Shown here: positions 18,671 to 28,978 of the stretch, piece after piece
Position numbering within the stretch: the first letter of the stretch is position 1
Layout of the letters: each line of letters starts with the position of its first letter
From: Flavobacteriaceae bacterium
Lineage (GTDB): Bacteria; Bacteroidota; Bacteroidia; Flavobacteriales; Flavobacteriaceae
Direction: 5' to 3'
Length of the DNA: 64,000 bases
Assembly (NCBI GenBank): GCA_018608705.1
Contig: JABAZD010000046.1
Coordinates: 60,603-124,602, forward strand
Translations under genes and position numbers: made by a program
Notes under the pieces: model-generated
What the model was told of the DNA's origin: nothing
The model's input: only the letters and a program-made list of their open reading frames with translations
Database searches by the model: none

Positions 18671-21600
18671 TTAATTTCCAAAATTATACCTCAAAGTAAA
18701 ACCTGAACGAATCGTTGTTTGAGGAAAAGCAGTTGATATTGCATATTCAGAGAATGCATAATCAAAATATAATATTGCAGTAAGATTCTTACTAAAAGCA
18801 TAATCCGCTGAGTATCTCATGCTCCAAATCGTTTGTCCTGCACTAACTTGATTATTATCAAGATCTAAGTACCTAATTATAGTCTTATTATTTCGAATAG
18901 ATATATCAGCCTTCATGTTTAAATCACTTTTAATAATATTTCTAGGCCCGGCTAGTTTTGATCGTATTCTTAAATCTTTTATTCGGTAGCCTAATCCAAA
19001 AACATATTCATCTCCTTGGATTTCAGTCAATAAATTATTGTCAAAGCTCAAAGACAAACTACGATCTTTTTTAATCTCAGCTGTTAACTTAACTGAACTT
19101 TTCATCTCCATATCGATTTTTACTAACGGGCTAAATTGTTCTACAAGATTTACATTGCTGTACAGAGTTTGCGCTTTATAATTACCTGACTGATCTTTAG
19201 TGTCTAGGGCTTGAGAAGAGTAATCTAAATTGGGGTCAGCTGCTACATAGTCAAGATTAGTTCTAAATTGATTGATCGTATAGGATGCATTATATCCGTG
19301 AGTCAATGAAAATCTTTTAAAACGTTTTTTAAACCATTTATTTCTCATGAGTCCTGTATACTTTAAGGTCCAATTTGGAATTGGAATATCACGGAATGCA
19401 TTCAAACTTATATTTTTTGAGTTTTCTCCTGAGTAAGCTGCTAAAAAGGAAGGCAGCAATACCGATTGACTATTTTTACCGAACCCTTCTGGAAAACCTT
19501 CTGAGTCTAGTGAATACGGAGATGAGCCATAAAATTCACGCGCTAAGCGATTAGCTACCACCAGTCGGTTTGTTTTAAATTTATCAAATGGCTGAGAACT
19601 ATTTTCATCACTTTGACTAAAAGCTGTTTTGATTAAGGAAGTTGAAATATTATAGTTCCCATAAGTGTTTTGAATAAGCGAATTATATACATTACTTAGA
19701 CCGTCACCATTGGAGTCAGTCGTATTAAAACTCTCAGCATAATTAGTGGCATAAGTTTTACCTCCATTCAAATCAATTTTTAAATCTGTTATTGGCTCCA
19801 TATTAAGTGCATAATCAATATTTTGATTATGAGTTTCAGTATACTGTTGGTTAAATTGTGAAAAGGTAGTTAGCCATCCTTTCTCAGCAGCTATTCTTCT
19901 TATATCTCGCTGGCTACCAAAAGTATATCCCGCTGTAGGCCTAAGAGTTCCCAAGAATCCAGGCGTCGGAAGATATCCGGGCAAAAAAGAGCTATTACTC
20001 TCTGAGTAATTGAACTGAGCCCTATCGATAGCCGTCAGTATCCCGACACCAAATTCTTTTAAATTAATTTTTTTTGCTTTCGTCCTATCGTTAAAACCTC
20101 TTGACGGACGACTGGATCTTCTTGGCTTCTTAACTCCTAAATAACGGTATAATTTTCGCATATCTAGTGATGTATTCAAATTATGCTGACTAGCATTAGA
20201 TATTGAATTTCCAAGGTCGTAAGTCTGCCCATCTATACTTATATCTCCAAATAAATCAGATCCTTTGTTCCACTGAAAGTCGCCTGTATATGAATAGTTT
20301 GAAGACACAAAACTGAAAGCAGGAAATTTATTTATTGGCAGCTCATAATTGACCCCTAGTTGCTGTGTGTGTCTATTAGGGTCTCCAAAATCAAAAAACC
20401 GATTCCAAACACCAAGAGTTGGGTCTTGATCTCCATCTAATTGATCATCAATGAAATAATTTCTAACGATATTATTATTTGAGGCTGTAAAGTTTAGACG
20501 TAAACCGTCTGTTAATTCATAGTTGATGGTATACTGAAAGTCAAATGTATAATTCCTTCTAATAAGTTCATTGATTGAAATATTATCACTTCCTAATCCT
20601 GCATCTCTAAACTTTTGACTGTTAAATTGTCTGATGAAATCAGTGTTAATAGCAAGAGTTGAGGGAAGTAAATTAAGATTAAAATCCTTTATTAATTTCC
20701 AGTATTTGTTAGTAAAAATAGAGTCGTTCTTTTTAAATGGCTCAATTTTAAGTGGTTCAAAACTATAACTGTAATTAGCTCCTACTCTCACATTTTGATC
20801 CAATGAGTTTTCAATTTCAAAATCTCGATGTTTAATCTCATTGTAAGAATAATTCATTGTTAGGTTTTCCACATCGTAAACTCTAGGATTAGCATCTCCT
20901 GTACGTTGTTTCCTTACTCCAATAAAATTGATGCTCTTTCTTTTTGTATAATCTTCAGACTGAGATTTAATGCGTTCTCGGTCATCTGCATTTATGGCAG
21001 CAGCCAATCTACTATCAAGCTTTAGATCTTTGTATTGCTGATCATATTCAGGAGTTATTAGGACTTCACTTTGCCCATAGTTAAATGGGATTTCTAATCC
21101 CCATTTTTTAGGAAATAATTGACCAATATTTGTATTGGTTACAAAATCATATTGTTTTAAATCTTCCCGACTTCTCTCATTTGGTCCCTGTTCCAAGCTG
21201 CCAAAACCAGTCGTAGTTCGCTTGGCAGTTGCGTTAATATTCATGAAATCTGCAATATTAGAATCCATGCTCATTATTGCAGCCCACCCTCCTTCATTGT
21301 CCATGTCTGCTAGTCGAAGTTCATTAAACCAAACTTCCGCGCATTGTAGGGAACTACTAATATTTTTAACTCCTACCATTAATGTACGAATATCTCCAAA
21401 ATTTGGATTTCCTCTTATTGCAATTCGCTGCTCAACAGGGGTCTCATTTAAAGACGAACTTAAGTTTAATGAAAAAGGGGCGAATTCATTAACGGGGGTT
21501 TCTTGTAGCTCTCCATCAATAATATCATAAAAAGTTGGGTCCTCATTCCCTAAGGTTCCAAGACTAATTCCTAATGATTTAATTTGCTCGAGAAATTCTA

Positions 21601-24600
21601 AGGGAATGTTTATCTCGTTATATTCTGGCCAAACTTCAGTGTCTGAGGCGCCTATAGCTCCTGAAGATTTTCTTAATGGGATTTCAACTTGATAGTAGTT
21701 CTGAGTAAGATCGTTACCCATTCTTATAAAACCAACTAAGTCACCTTGATTAAAACCATTGGCTTCGCCATCTTCGGCATGAATGAACATTTTTAATTTT
21801 TTATATTGACGCATATCTACATTGACGTTTTTGAAAACTCCTCTAGCATCCTCTCCTTCTAATTCGCACACATCCACTACCAAAGATTGTTCGTTTTGTC
21901 GAACAATAGTATTATTATTATTTAATTGTTCGCGTACAACTCCTGGTGGGGATACATAACTTCCGTCGTTTTCTTGAATTCCAATAATTCCAACGCTAAA
22001 ATCAGTAGTCTCTAGTTCTGTTGACTGGTTGGAATCATCATCTAATGACTGCTGATAACGACGCCAATCACTTCGAACTAAATCTAAAGTTCCAAAACGA
22101 AGGACTGTTGATTCTGTAAATTCTTTCAAGTATAGACGGGCAAAGCGAATAGATCTAAAATCAGAAACTCCGCCAACAGCATTTGTAAATTCTGATAGAG
22201 GTATTCTATACTGGTACCAATTTATAATTCCTGAGGGGGACCCGTTTGGAAGCGTAATATTTGAAATTGACTTTCTATCAACTATGTATGGGTTATTTAA
22301 ATTATTAAAGTCGGCGGAAGAAATTCCTATTTCATACTCAAAATAGCTGTCGATAGTATTCATTGTATTGTCTCTATTAATATCTTCAACATCTGGTTGA
22401 GTTGTAGATCCTCGGTTGGTTTCCGAGAATGTGTCTGGTGAATTTCCCTCTAATCCATTGTATTTCTTGTAGCGATCAAATATATTACCCTCTGAATTTA
22501 AATAATATTTGTAATTGTCATTGGCAGGGTCTTCAAGTGCGGAAAAAGATGAAAAACGTGGATCAGTAGATGCTATTTCTTCTGAATCATCATATCCATC
22601 AAGCCCAACATCCTGATTTGCTCGTTCATCTCCTTGTGAAGAAAAGGCATAAATCAGGGATTGGTTTAGCGGACTAACAGACCCCCACGTTGTAGTTGGC
22701 AAAAGACTAATATCTCCATCTTCAGGGAGTCCATTTTCATATTGTTTTTTACCATCTTTTATAACATCTTCTGAAATATTCCCTAAATTTAAAACTAGTT
22801 TTCCTCCAGGATTTGAAGGGGTGTTTAGGAACGGGTCCATCAACCAGAATTCAATATACTCCACATTTGCTTGTTCAAAATCTGTTGAAGTAAGTTGTCT
22901 TGATATCCCTGCCCAACTATTTTGTGGCGTATCTAAAACTCCATCCTCAGCCCCCTCATTGTAATTATAAGGACCTCTTTCCGAAGGATTATAAACTAAA
23001 TCTAATGAATTTATAATTGTATACTGTCCAGTTACTAGATCAACTTGCGGAAATAATTCATCAATAAATATTCGTCTGGTGTAAAGATTTGAAATATCAT
23101 CATCTGTGATATCCCCAGGTCGTTGTCCGCTATAAAAAATAGGGTCGACAGTATACCAATTTAAATGAGCTCTATCAAATCCATTTTGATATCCATTATC
23201 ATCTTCAGATCCTTGTGCGTAAACACGACCAAGTCCTTTTGGTCGACTAGACAAAAACCATGACTGTGGAGTCAGTAAACTAATTCCATTTTGAGAACCC
23301 TCAAAGTCATCGACATATGAAGTGATTTCACTATCAAAATCAGTGCCTTTTGGTGCACCTGGTTTTAGATAAGCCATCTCGCTTCTGAGAGATATATTAG
23401 ATTCAATATCCGTATCAATATTTGGTAGTTTATTTGCGAGACGTGTCAAAAAAGGGATCTCTGTTGAGTAATTTCCGTTGAACCCAAAAATTGTATTATT
23501 TATTGGTTCAGTACCATAGTTTGCCTTTTGAGTTATTGGTCGTTCATTTAAATTTAAAACTGTTGCACCTAATACAAAATTTCTATTAAATTGATGTTCG
23601 ACGTTCAACCCTGTAAACCTTTTTGTTTGCTGGCCAAAAACAGCATTATTTTCTACAGATACTTGAATGGGCACATTAGACGCTTGCAGTGAAGGGTCTA
23701 AGATTTGAACTGTCCCCATTTGATAATTTACAGTATAATCTACACCTTCTACAAGAACACGCCCTCCTGCAGTTACATTAACTGAACCCCTTGGGACATT
23801 AAATGCTCCAATTGGTATCCCAGAACTCCCTGAAGATTTATAACGACCACGCATCAAAAATTTATTTTTGTCATTGTCTTGCAAAGCTGCTGTTTTGGTG
23901 TTTTTATAAAGAGATTTGTAAACGTATTTTAATTGATTTGGATTATATACACCAGGAACAGACTCATCTCCAGTATAGTTTTCAGAAGTAGTTAATCTTA
24001 AGGTTTCAAATAGAAAACTACCAAAAGGTTCAACCTTGGTGAAAATAATTTTTCCGTTTTGGGGAATGACAGTGACTCCTGGAACAAAATCAAAAAAACC
24101 ATCTCCTTTGTTTTGTGGGTCGTTATTAAAATTAAGTCGATCGAAATTAAATAACCTAATTAGAGGTATTTCATTGATAGGGTCTTGATTTCCTGTTGGG
24201 CTGGGAAAAGGGGTGCCATTAACTGGTGATATAAAATTAAGTGTTGATGTTTCGTTGTAAAAGATATTTAACTTAAAGTCATCTTGAGACAATTGATAAG
24301 CTCCAGTATTATAAATATTTTTCATCATTAAATCCCATATTGGAAGATTTACATTTGTCACTGCGCTTTTTAACATTTTTAGCACTAAACTTTGATTTGT
24401 AACTATTTGGTTTCCTGAAGAAGGATCTTGTCCTATTTCAGTTGCGTTGAGCCCGTCATTTCCAAACTCCCCAACCTGATAAACTTCACCCCCAACTGTA
24501 TATTGGTAAGCAACAGCCAAAACCTCATCATTTTGTAAACGTTGATTTAAAGATATATACCCTAATTGAGAATCTACATTGTATCCACTACCCTGCACTA

Positions 24601-25918
24601 GTTTTCTAGCATTTTCTAACTTCCCAAAATCAAAACCCTCATTAACACCTGTAGTTAAAAACCCTGATTGTGCAGTAGCAATATCTCGAATTGAATTTGT
24701 AAGTTGAGAGCCTGCACCTCCAATATTAGTAGGATCAAAGCCATTGTTTCCATTGTCTGGAAACGCATTGGGCCCTACATTAACAAAGCCAGTTGGCACA
24801 GAATTTAAACCAATTATTGAGGATTCTCCTAAATCTTGTAAGGCAACAATATTCCTGATATTCTGAATTTGATTAGTTCGATTTGTAACCCAGACTTCAA
24901 CTCTTGTGATTTGAACCTGAGAGTTAATAAATGGATAGTTTTCTAAAGCCTTATCATAATTATCTCGAAAGTAATGTCCCAAGAAAAAGTGTCTATTTTC
25001 GTCGTAGTCTAATCCAAAAAAATCAAAATCTTCAATAGTTCCTCCACCCTGTGAAACAACAGATCTTGTTTCAGATTGTTGTTCCGAAAATACAGCTGTA
25101 ACTCTAGTCTTCCCAAACTGTAGCTCTGTTTTTACACCAAATAAACTTTGGGCTCCGGTTATAAGAGAGCTGTTTAGTGGCATGCTAACGTTACCTACCT
25201 CAAGCTTTTGCAAAATCGAATCTTCCCCTCCGCTAGTGCCATCTAAACCTGGAAGAGAAGGGTCATATTCTAGCTTAATTAAGTTTTGGAAATCAAATGT
25301 TGATTGGGTATCATAATTAGCATTAACTTGTAATCTTGTACCCACTTGTCCCATTAAGCTTAAGCTAATTCTTTGATCAAAGTCAAAAGTAAAGTTACTT
25401 TGATTTCTTGGTGAAAATGCAGGATTTTCTTGCTTAGTGTACATAACTCCTAGATCCATTTCAACAGATCCTTGGGGTACTACAGAAATAGTATTGCTCC
25501 CAAATATTGTTTCAAAAAACTTAGAGTTAACATAAAAATCAGGAATTAAATTTTTCTTAGCATCTTCTGAGCCTTCTTTTTTTCCCTCAAGCGCGTCTAT
25601 TTTATCTTTATAATAGCGCTTTAAACTCTCGTTCATAGCTAACTCCTGAAATTGCTTTGGAGTTAATATTATAGGGTAGTTAATGTCAAAATCTCCAACG
25701 CTAGTGTTGAAAAAATATCGGTCTGTTAACGGATCATAGGTGTATTTACTTACTATACTAGGTGGATCAAACGAATCAAGTGTTCCAAATGAAAAAGTGG
25801 TAGAGGTGGAGTCTCTAACTATTGAGGGCTGTTGGGCGAATAGAATAGAATTGTAAATCAATAAAAAAAACATCAAAAAGAGTCCTTTTAAATATGGTCT
25901 ATGATTTGAATTTTTCAA
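18671..25918 (-). CDS. sprA: Type IX secretion system translocon SprA/Sov
   Basis: 2415 aa; FDFDQRISL, YVDDFEG, TEDxN-type motifs, C-terminal FTLRYNFGN; ruvA-sprA-gcvH order as in Flavobacteriaceae; TTG start. Confidence 0.93.
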   Translation of the reverse strand: MKNSNHRPYLKGLFLMFFLLIYNSILFAQQPSIVRDSTSTTFSFGTLDSFDPPSIVSKYTYDPLTDRYFFNTSVGDFDINYPIILTPKQFQELAMNESLKRYYKDKIDALEGKKEGSEDAKKNLIPDFYVNSKFFETIFGSNTISVVPQGSVEMDLGVMYTKQENPAFSPRNQSNFTFDFDQRISLSLMGQVGTRLQVNANYDTQSTFDFQNLIKLEYDPSLPGLDGTSGGEDSILQKLEVGNVSMPLNSSLITGAQSLFGVKTELQFGKTRVTAVFSEQQSETRSVVSQGGGTIEDFDFFGLDYDENRHFFLGHYFRDNYDKALENYPFINSQVQITRVEVWVTNRTNQIQNIRNIVALQDLGESSIIGLNSVPTGFVNVGPNAFPDNGNNGFDPTNIGGAGSQLTNSIRDIATAQSGFLTTGVNEGFDFGKLENARKLVQGSGYNVDSQLGYISLNQRLQNDEVLAVAYQYTVGGEVYQVGEFGNDGLNATEIGQDPSSGNQIVTNQSLVLKMLKSAVTNVNLPIWDLMMKNIYNTGAYQLSQDDFKLNIFYNETSTLNFISPVNGTPFPSPTGNQDPINEIPLIRLFNFDRLNFNNDPQNKGDGFFDFVPGVTVIPQNGKIIFTKVEPFGSFLFETLRLTTSENYTGDESVPGVYNPNQLKYVYKSLYKNTKTAALQDNDKNKFLMRGRYKSSGSSGIPIGAFNVPRGSVNVTAGGRVLVEGVDYTVNYQMGTVQILDPSLQASNVPIQVSVENNAVFGQQTKRFTGLNVEHQFNRNFVLGATVLNLNERPITQKANYGTEPINNTIFGFNGNYSTEIPFLTRLANKLPNIDTDIESNISLRSEMAYLKPGAPKGTDFDSEITSYVDDFEGSQNGISLLTPQSWFLSSRPKGLGRVYAQGSEDDNGYQNGFDRAHLNWYTVDPIFYSGQRPGDITDDDISNLYTRRIFIDELFPQVDLVTGQYTIINSLDLVYNPSERGPYNYNEGAEDGVLDTPQNSWAGISRQLTSTDFEQANVEYIEFWLMDPFLNTPSNPGGKLVLNLGNISEDVIKDGKKQYENGLPEDGDISLLPTTTWGSVSPLNQSLIYAFSSQGDERANQDVGLDGYDDSEEIASTDPRFSSFSALEDPANDNYKYYLNSEGNIFDRYKKYNGLEGNSPDTFSETNRGSTTQPDVEDINRDNTMNTIDSYFEYEIGISSADFNNLNNPYIVDRKSISNITLPNGSPSGIINWYQYRIPLSEFTNAVGGVSDFRSIRFARLYLKEFTESTVLRFGTLDLVRSDWRRYQQSLDDDSNQSTELETTDFSVGIIGIQENDGSYVSPPGVVREQLNNNNTIVRQNEQSLVVDVCELEGEDARGVFKNVNVDMRQYKKLKMFIHAEDGEANGFNQGDLVGFIRMGNDLTQNYYQVEIPLRKSSGAIGASDTEVWPEYNEINIPLEFLEQIKSLGISLGTLGNEDPTFYDIIDGELQETPVNEFAPFSLNLSSSLNETPVEQRIAIRGNPNFGDIRTLMVGVKNISSSLQCAEVWFNELRLADMDNEGGWAAIMSMDSNIADFMNINATAKRTTTGFGSLEQGPNERSREDLKQYDFVTNTNIGQLFPKKWGLEIPFNYGQSEVLITPEYDQQYKDLKLDSRLAAAINADDRERIKSQSEDYTKRKSINFIGVRKQRTGDANPRVYDVENLTMNYSYNEIKHRDFEIENSLDQNVRVGANYSYSFEPLKIEPFKKNDSIFTNKYWKLIKDFNLNLLPSTLAINTDFIRQFNSQKFRDAGLGSDNISINELIRRNYTFDFQYTINYELTDGLRLNFTASNNNIVRNYFIDDQLDGDQDPTLGVWNRFFDFGDPNRHTQQLGVNYELPINKFPAFSFVSSNYSYTGDFQWNKGSDLFGDISIDGQTYDLGNSISNASQHNLNTSLDMRKLYRYLGVKKPRRSSRPSRGFNDRTKAKKINLKEFGVGILTAIDRAQFNYSESNSSFLPGYLPTPGFLGTLRPTAGYTFGSQRDIRRIAAEKGWLTTFSQFNQQYTETHNQNIDYALNMEPITDLKIDLNGGKTYATNYAESFNTTDSNGDGLSNVYNSLIQNTYGNYNISTSLIKTAFSQSDENSSQPFDKFKTNRLVVANRLAREFYGSSPYSLDSEGFPEGFGKNSQSVLLPSFLAAYSGENSKNISLNAFRDIPIPNWTLKYTGLMRNKWFKKRFKRFSLTHGYNASYTINQFRTNLDYVAADPNLDYSSQALDTKDQSGNYKAQTLYSNVNLVEQFSPLVKIDMEMKSSVKLTAEIKKDRSLSLSFDNNLLTEIQGDEYVFGLGYRIKDLRIRSKLAGPRNIIKSDLNMKADISIRNNKTIIRYLDLDNNQVSAGQTIWSMRYSADYAFSKNLTAILYFDYAFSEYAISTAFPQTTIRSGFTLRYNFGN

Positions 25919-25923
25919 ATGAA

Positions 25924-26505
25924 TTATAGGTTTTTTAGGGCTTCTTTGATAATAAATTCTATAGAAGCATTCGGGCTAGATGATATTACTTTTTCAACAA
26001 CACGTTCAGATTGTTTTTTCATAAAACCTAGAACCTCTAGTGCAGATAACGCTTCATCCTTATTTGTATTGTTTTGGGACAAAGAAGATTCATTTATATC
26101 GTAAATTTTAAGAACCTTGTCCTTTAATTCAATAATAACACGTTGGGCTGTCTTTAATCCAATGCCCTTCACAGATTGGATTAACGGAACATCTCCAATT
26201 GCAATTCCTTCCTTCACTTGCTTTGGGGTAAGTGAGGAAAGCATTGATCTAGCAGTACTTGCTCCAATTCCACCTACAGAAATTAGAAGTCTAAATATCT
26301 GACGTTCTGATGAGCTTATAAAACCATACAAAGTGTGTGAGTCTTCTTTGACCTGGAGATGAGTAAAAACCTTAACTGATTCAAGTTCCGGGAGTTGAGA
26401 GAATGTGTTTAGTGAAATATTAATAAAGTACCCCACGCCATTGCAATCTACTATAATATGTGTGGGAGTTTTTTCAACTAGCTTACCTTGAATATGTGTT
26501 ATCAT
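25924..26505 (-). CDS. ruvA: Holliday junction branch migration protein RuvA
   Basis: VDCNGVGY, LYGF, GGIG and GIGLKTAQR HhH motifs, ALSALEVLGF. Confidence 0.96.
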   Translation of the reverse strand: MITHIQGKLVEKTPTHIIVDCNGVGYFINISLNTFSQLPELESVKVFTHLQVKEDSHTLYGFISSSERQIFRLLISVGGIGASTARSMLSSLTPKQVKEGIAIGDVPLIQSVKGIGLKTAQRVIIELKDKVLKIYDINESSLSQNNTNKDEALSALEVLGFMKKQSERVVEKVISSSPNASIEFIIKEALKNL

Positions 26506-26525
26506 ATATTTTCACTTTCTGTAAT

Positions 26526-26533
26526 CAAATGTA
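26526..26533 (-). promoter_or_regulatory. -7 element TACATTTG for ruvA-sprA-gcvH
   Basis: TAnnTTTG match 20 nt upstream of the ruvA ATG. Confidence 0.6.
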
Positions 26534-26586
26534 ATAAATTAATACAACATTTAGTGTTTAAAAGAGGAGCGGTTACGAATGATATT

Positions 26587-28863
26587 TTACTGTTTTTCTT
26601 TCTGTTGTGCGTCAACTACAGCAACAGCAGTCATGTTTACAATTTCACCAACGCTTGCTCCCAATTGTAAAATATGTACGGGCTTACGTAACCCCATCAT
26701 GATGGGGCCAATTGATTCTGCTTTATTTAATTCTTTTAAAAGTTTATATGTAATATTAGCTGATTCTAAATTTGGAAAAATAAGAGTGTTAACTTTTTTA
26801 TTAGCAAGTCTTGAAAAAGGAAAGTTAGCTTTCAACATCTCACTATTTAAAGCAAAATCTGTCTGTAATTCACCATCAACTAATAATTGTGGATGTCTTC
26901 TGTGAAGGTAAGAAACAGCTTCCTTTACTTTAGTGGCTGTTTTATCCTTGGAGGATCCAAAATTTGAATATGATATCATTGCCATAACTGGTTCTACGCC
27001 AAACATCTTAACAACGCCTGATGTCATTTGAGCAATTTTTATTAGATCGTTTGCTGAGGGATTTATGTTAATTGCGGTATCACTTAAAAACATTGGTCCT
27101 CTTTGTGTGATCATTACATTAGTAGTAGCGATACGTGTTGACCCTGGTGCCAAACCAATAAGATTCAACATTGGCTTTACAACAGATCCATAGTTGCTGG
27201 AATAACCTGATATGAGGGCATCTGCATCTCCCTCATTAACCATCATAGCCGCAAAATAATTTCTTTCTCTCATCAATTTTTGAGAGGCTAAAAGTGTTAT
27301 ACCTTTTCTTTTTTGTTGCTTCCAATAAATCTCAGCATATCGGTTTTTCTGGACACTACTATTGTCTTCTTTTGGGTCAATAATTAATATTTCCTCGTCA
27401 AATTCTAGTTCCTCCATAAGACGTTCAATTTCGTCACGTCTTCCTAGTAATATCGGCGTTGCTATTCCTTCTTCCAAAGCAATTTGGGCTGCTTTTAGAA
27501 CATTTAATTGATCAGCTTCAGCAAATACAACTCGCTTTGGCTTTAGCTTGGCTCTGTTGAATAAAAGTCTAACAATCTTATTGTCTGACCCCATTCGTTC
27601 TAGTAGTGTATCTTCGTATTTAACCCAATTAGAAATCGGAGATTGCGCAACTCCACTTTTAATGGCTGCTTTAGCTACTGCTGGAGGGATCGCAGCAATT
27701 AATCGAGGATCAAATGGCTTAGGAATAATGTAATCTTTCCCAAAAGTAAGACGTGTTTCTCCGTATGCTATATTGACCTGTTCTGGTACAGGTTCTTTTG
27801 CTAACTCAGCCAATGCAACTACTGCTGCTTTTTTCATTTCCTCGTTAATTGTTGTAGCTCTAACGTCCAAGGCCCCTCTAAATATAAATGGAAAACCAAG
27901 AACATTATTTACTTGATTCGGATTGTCACTCCTTCCAGTTGCCATAATAATATCATCTCTGGTTTTAACGGCAAGTTTATATTTTATTTCGGGGTCTGGA
28001 TTTGCCATGGCAAAAACAATTGGATTACTAGCCATCGATTTTAGCATATCTTGGCTTACAATATTCGAGGTAGATAATCCAATAAAAACATCCGCATTTA
28101 TCATCGCTTGGTCTAAACTATCTATTTTCCTATCAGTAGCAAACTCGGCTTTCTGGGTAGTGAGGTTGTCACGATCATTTCTAATAACTCCTTTGCTGTC
28201 TAGCATTACAATGTTTTCACGCTTAGCTCCAAAAGATTGATAGAGACGAGTACAAGAGATAGCTGCTGCGCCTGCGCCACTAACAACGATACGCACGTCT
28301 TGGATATCCTTTTCCGCAATTTCTAATGCATTTAACAGAGCTGCTGCAGAAATAATTGCTGTTCCGTGCTGATCGTCATGCATCACAGGTATATCTAACT
28401 CTGCTTTAAGTCGTTCTTCAATTTCAAAGGCTTCTGGAGCTTTAATGTCCTCTAAATTAATACCGCCAAAAGTGGGGGCTATATTTTTGACTGTTTTAAT
28501 AAATTCTTCTATATTTTCAGTATTTACCTCAATATCAAACACGTCAATATCTGCGAATATTTTAAAAAGTAAACCTTTACCTTCCATAACTGGCTTGGAG
28601 GCTGCAGCTCCAATATTTCCTAATCCTAAAACAGCGGTTCCATTGGTCACAACCGCAACCAAATTTCCTTTTGCAGTATATTTATAGGCATCTGACGGGT
28701 CCTTTTCAATAGCCAAACAAGGAGCGGCCACTCCAGGGGAATAAGCTAAAGCCAAATCTCGTTGTGATGCATACTTAGTTGTTGGAACTACCTGAATTTT
28801 TCCTGGTGATGGTTTTTCGTGATAAGCTAAAGCTTCTAAATCATGTTTACTTAATCTTGGCAT
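26587..28863 (-). CDS. maeB: NADP-dependent malic enzyme with PTA-like domain
   Basis: LAYSPGVA, VTNGTAVLGLG, INLEDI, HDDQHGTA, GAGAAA; C-terminal PTA domain (DGELQTD, FPNLESANI). Confidence 0.95.
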   Translation of the reverse strand: MPRLSKHDLEALAYHEKPSPGKIQVVPTTKYASQRDLALAYSPGVAAPCLAIEKDPSDAYKYTAKGNLVAVVTNGTAVLGLGNIGAAASKPVMEGKGLLFKIFADIDVFDIEVNTENIEEFIKTVKNIAPTFGGINLEDIKAPEAFEIEERLKAELDIPVMHDDQHGTAIISAAALLNALEIAEKDIQDVRIVVSGAGAAAISCTRLYQSFGAKRENIVMLDSKGVIRNDRDNLTTQKAEFATDRKIDSLDQAMINADVFIGLSTSNIVSQDMLKSMASNPIVFAMANPDPEIKYKLAVKTRDDIIMATGRSDNPNQVNNVLGFPFIFRGALDVRATTINEEMKKAAVVALAELAKEPVPEQVNIAYGETRLTFGKDYIIPKPFDPRLIAAIPPAVAKAAIKSGVAQSPISNWVKYEDTLLERMGSDNKIVRLLFNRAKLKPKRVVFAEADQLNVLKAAQIALEEGIATPILLGRRDEIERLMEELEFDEEILIIDPKEDNSSVQKNRYAEIYWKQQKRKGITLLASQKLMRERNYFAAMMVNEGDADALISGYSSNYGSVVKPMLNLIGLAPGSTRIATTNVMITQRGPMFLSDTAININPSANDLIKIAQMTSGVVKMFGVEPVMAMISYSNFGSSKDKTATKVKEAVSYLHRRHPQLLVDGELQTDFALNSEMLKANFPFSRLANKKVNTLIFPNLESANITYKLLKELNKAESIGPIMMGLRKPVHILQLGASVGEIVNMTAVAVVDAQQKEKQ

Positions 28864-28883
28864 GTGTTAGTCTGTTATTCTTA

Positions 28884-28891
28884 CAAAGTTA
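28884..28891 (-). promoter_or_regulatory. -7 element TAACTTTG for maeB
   Basis: TAnnTTTG match 20 nt upstream of ATG. Confidence 0.6.
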
Positions 28892-28978
28892 AACGCTAAT
28901 AGTTAATATTAAAACTTAATTGCTATTCTTTTTAATAAGATCCAAAAGCTAGTTTGTAATGATTAAACCATTGCCTCC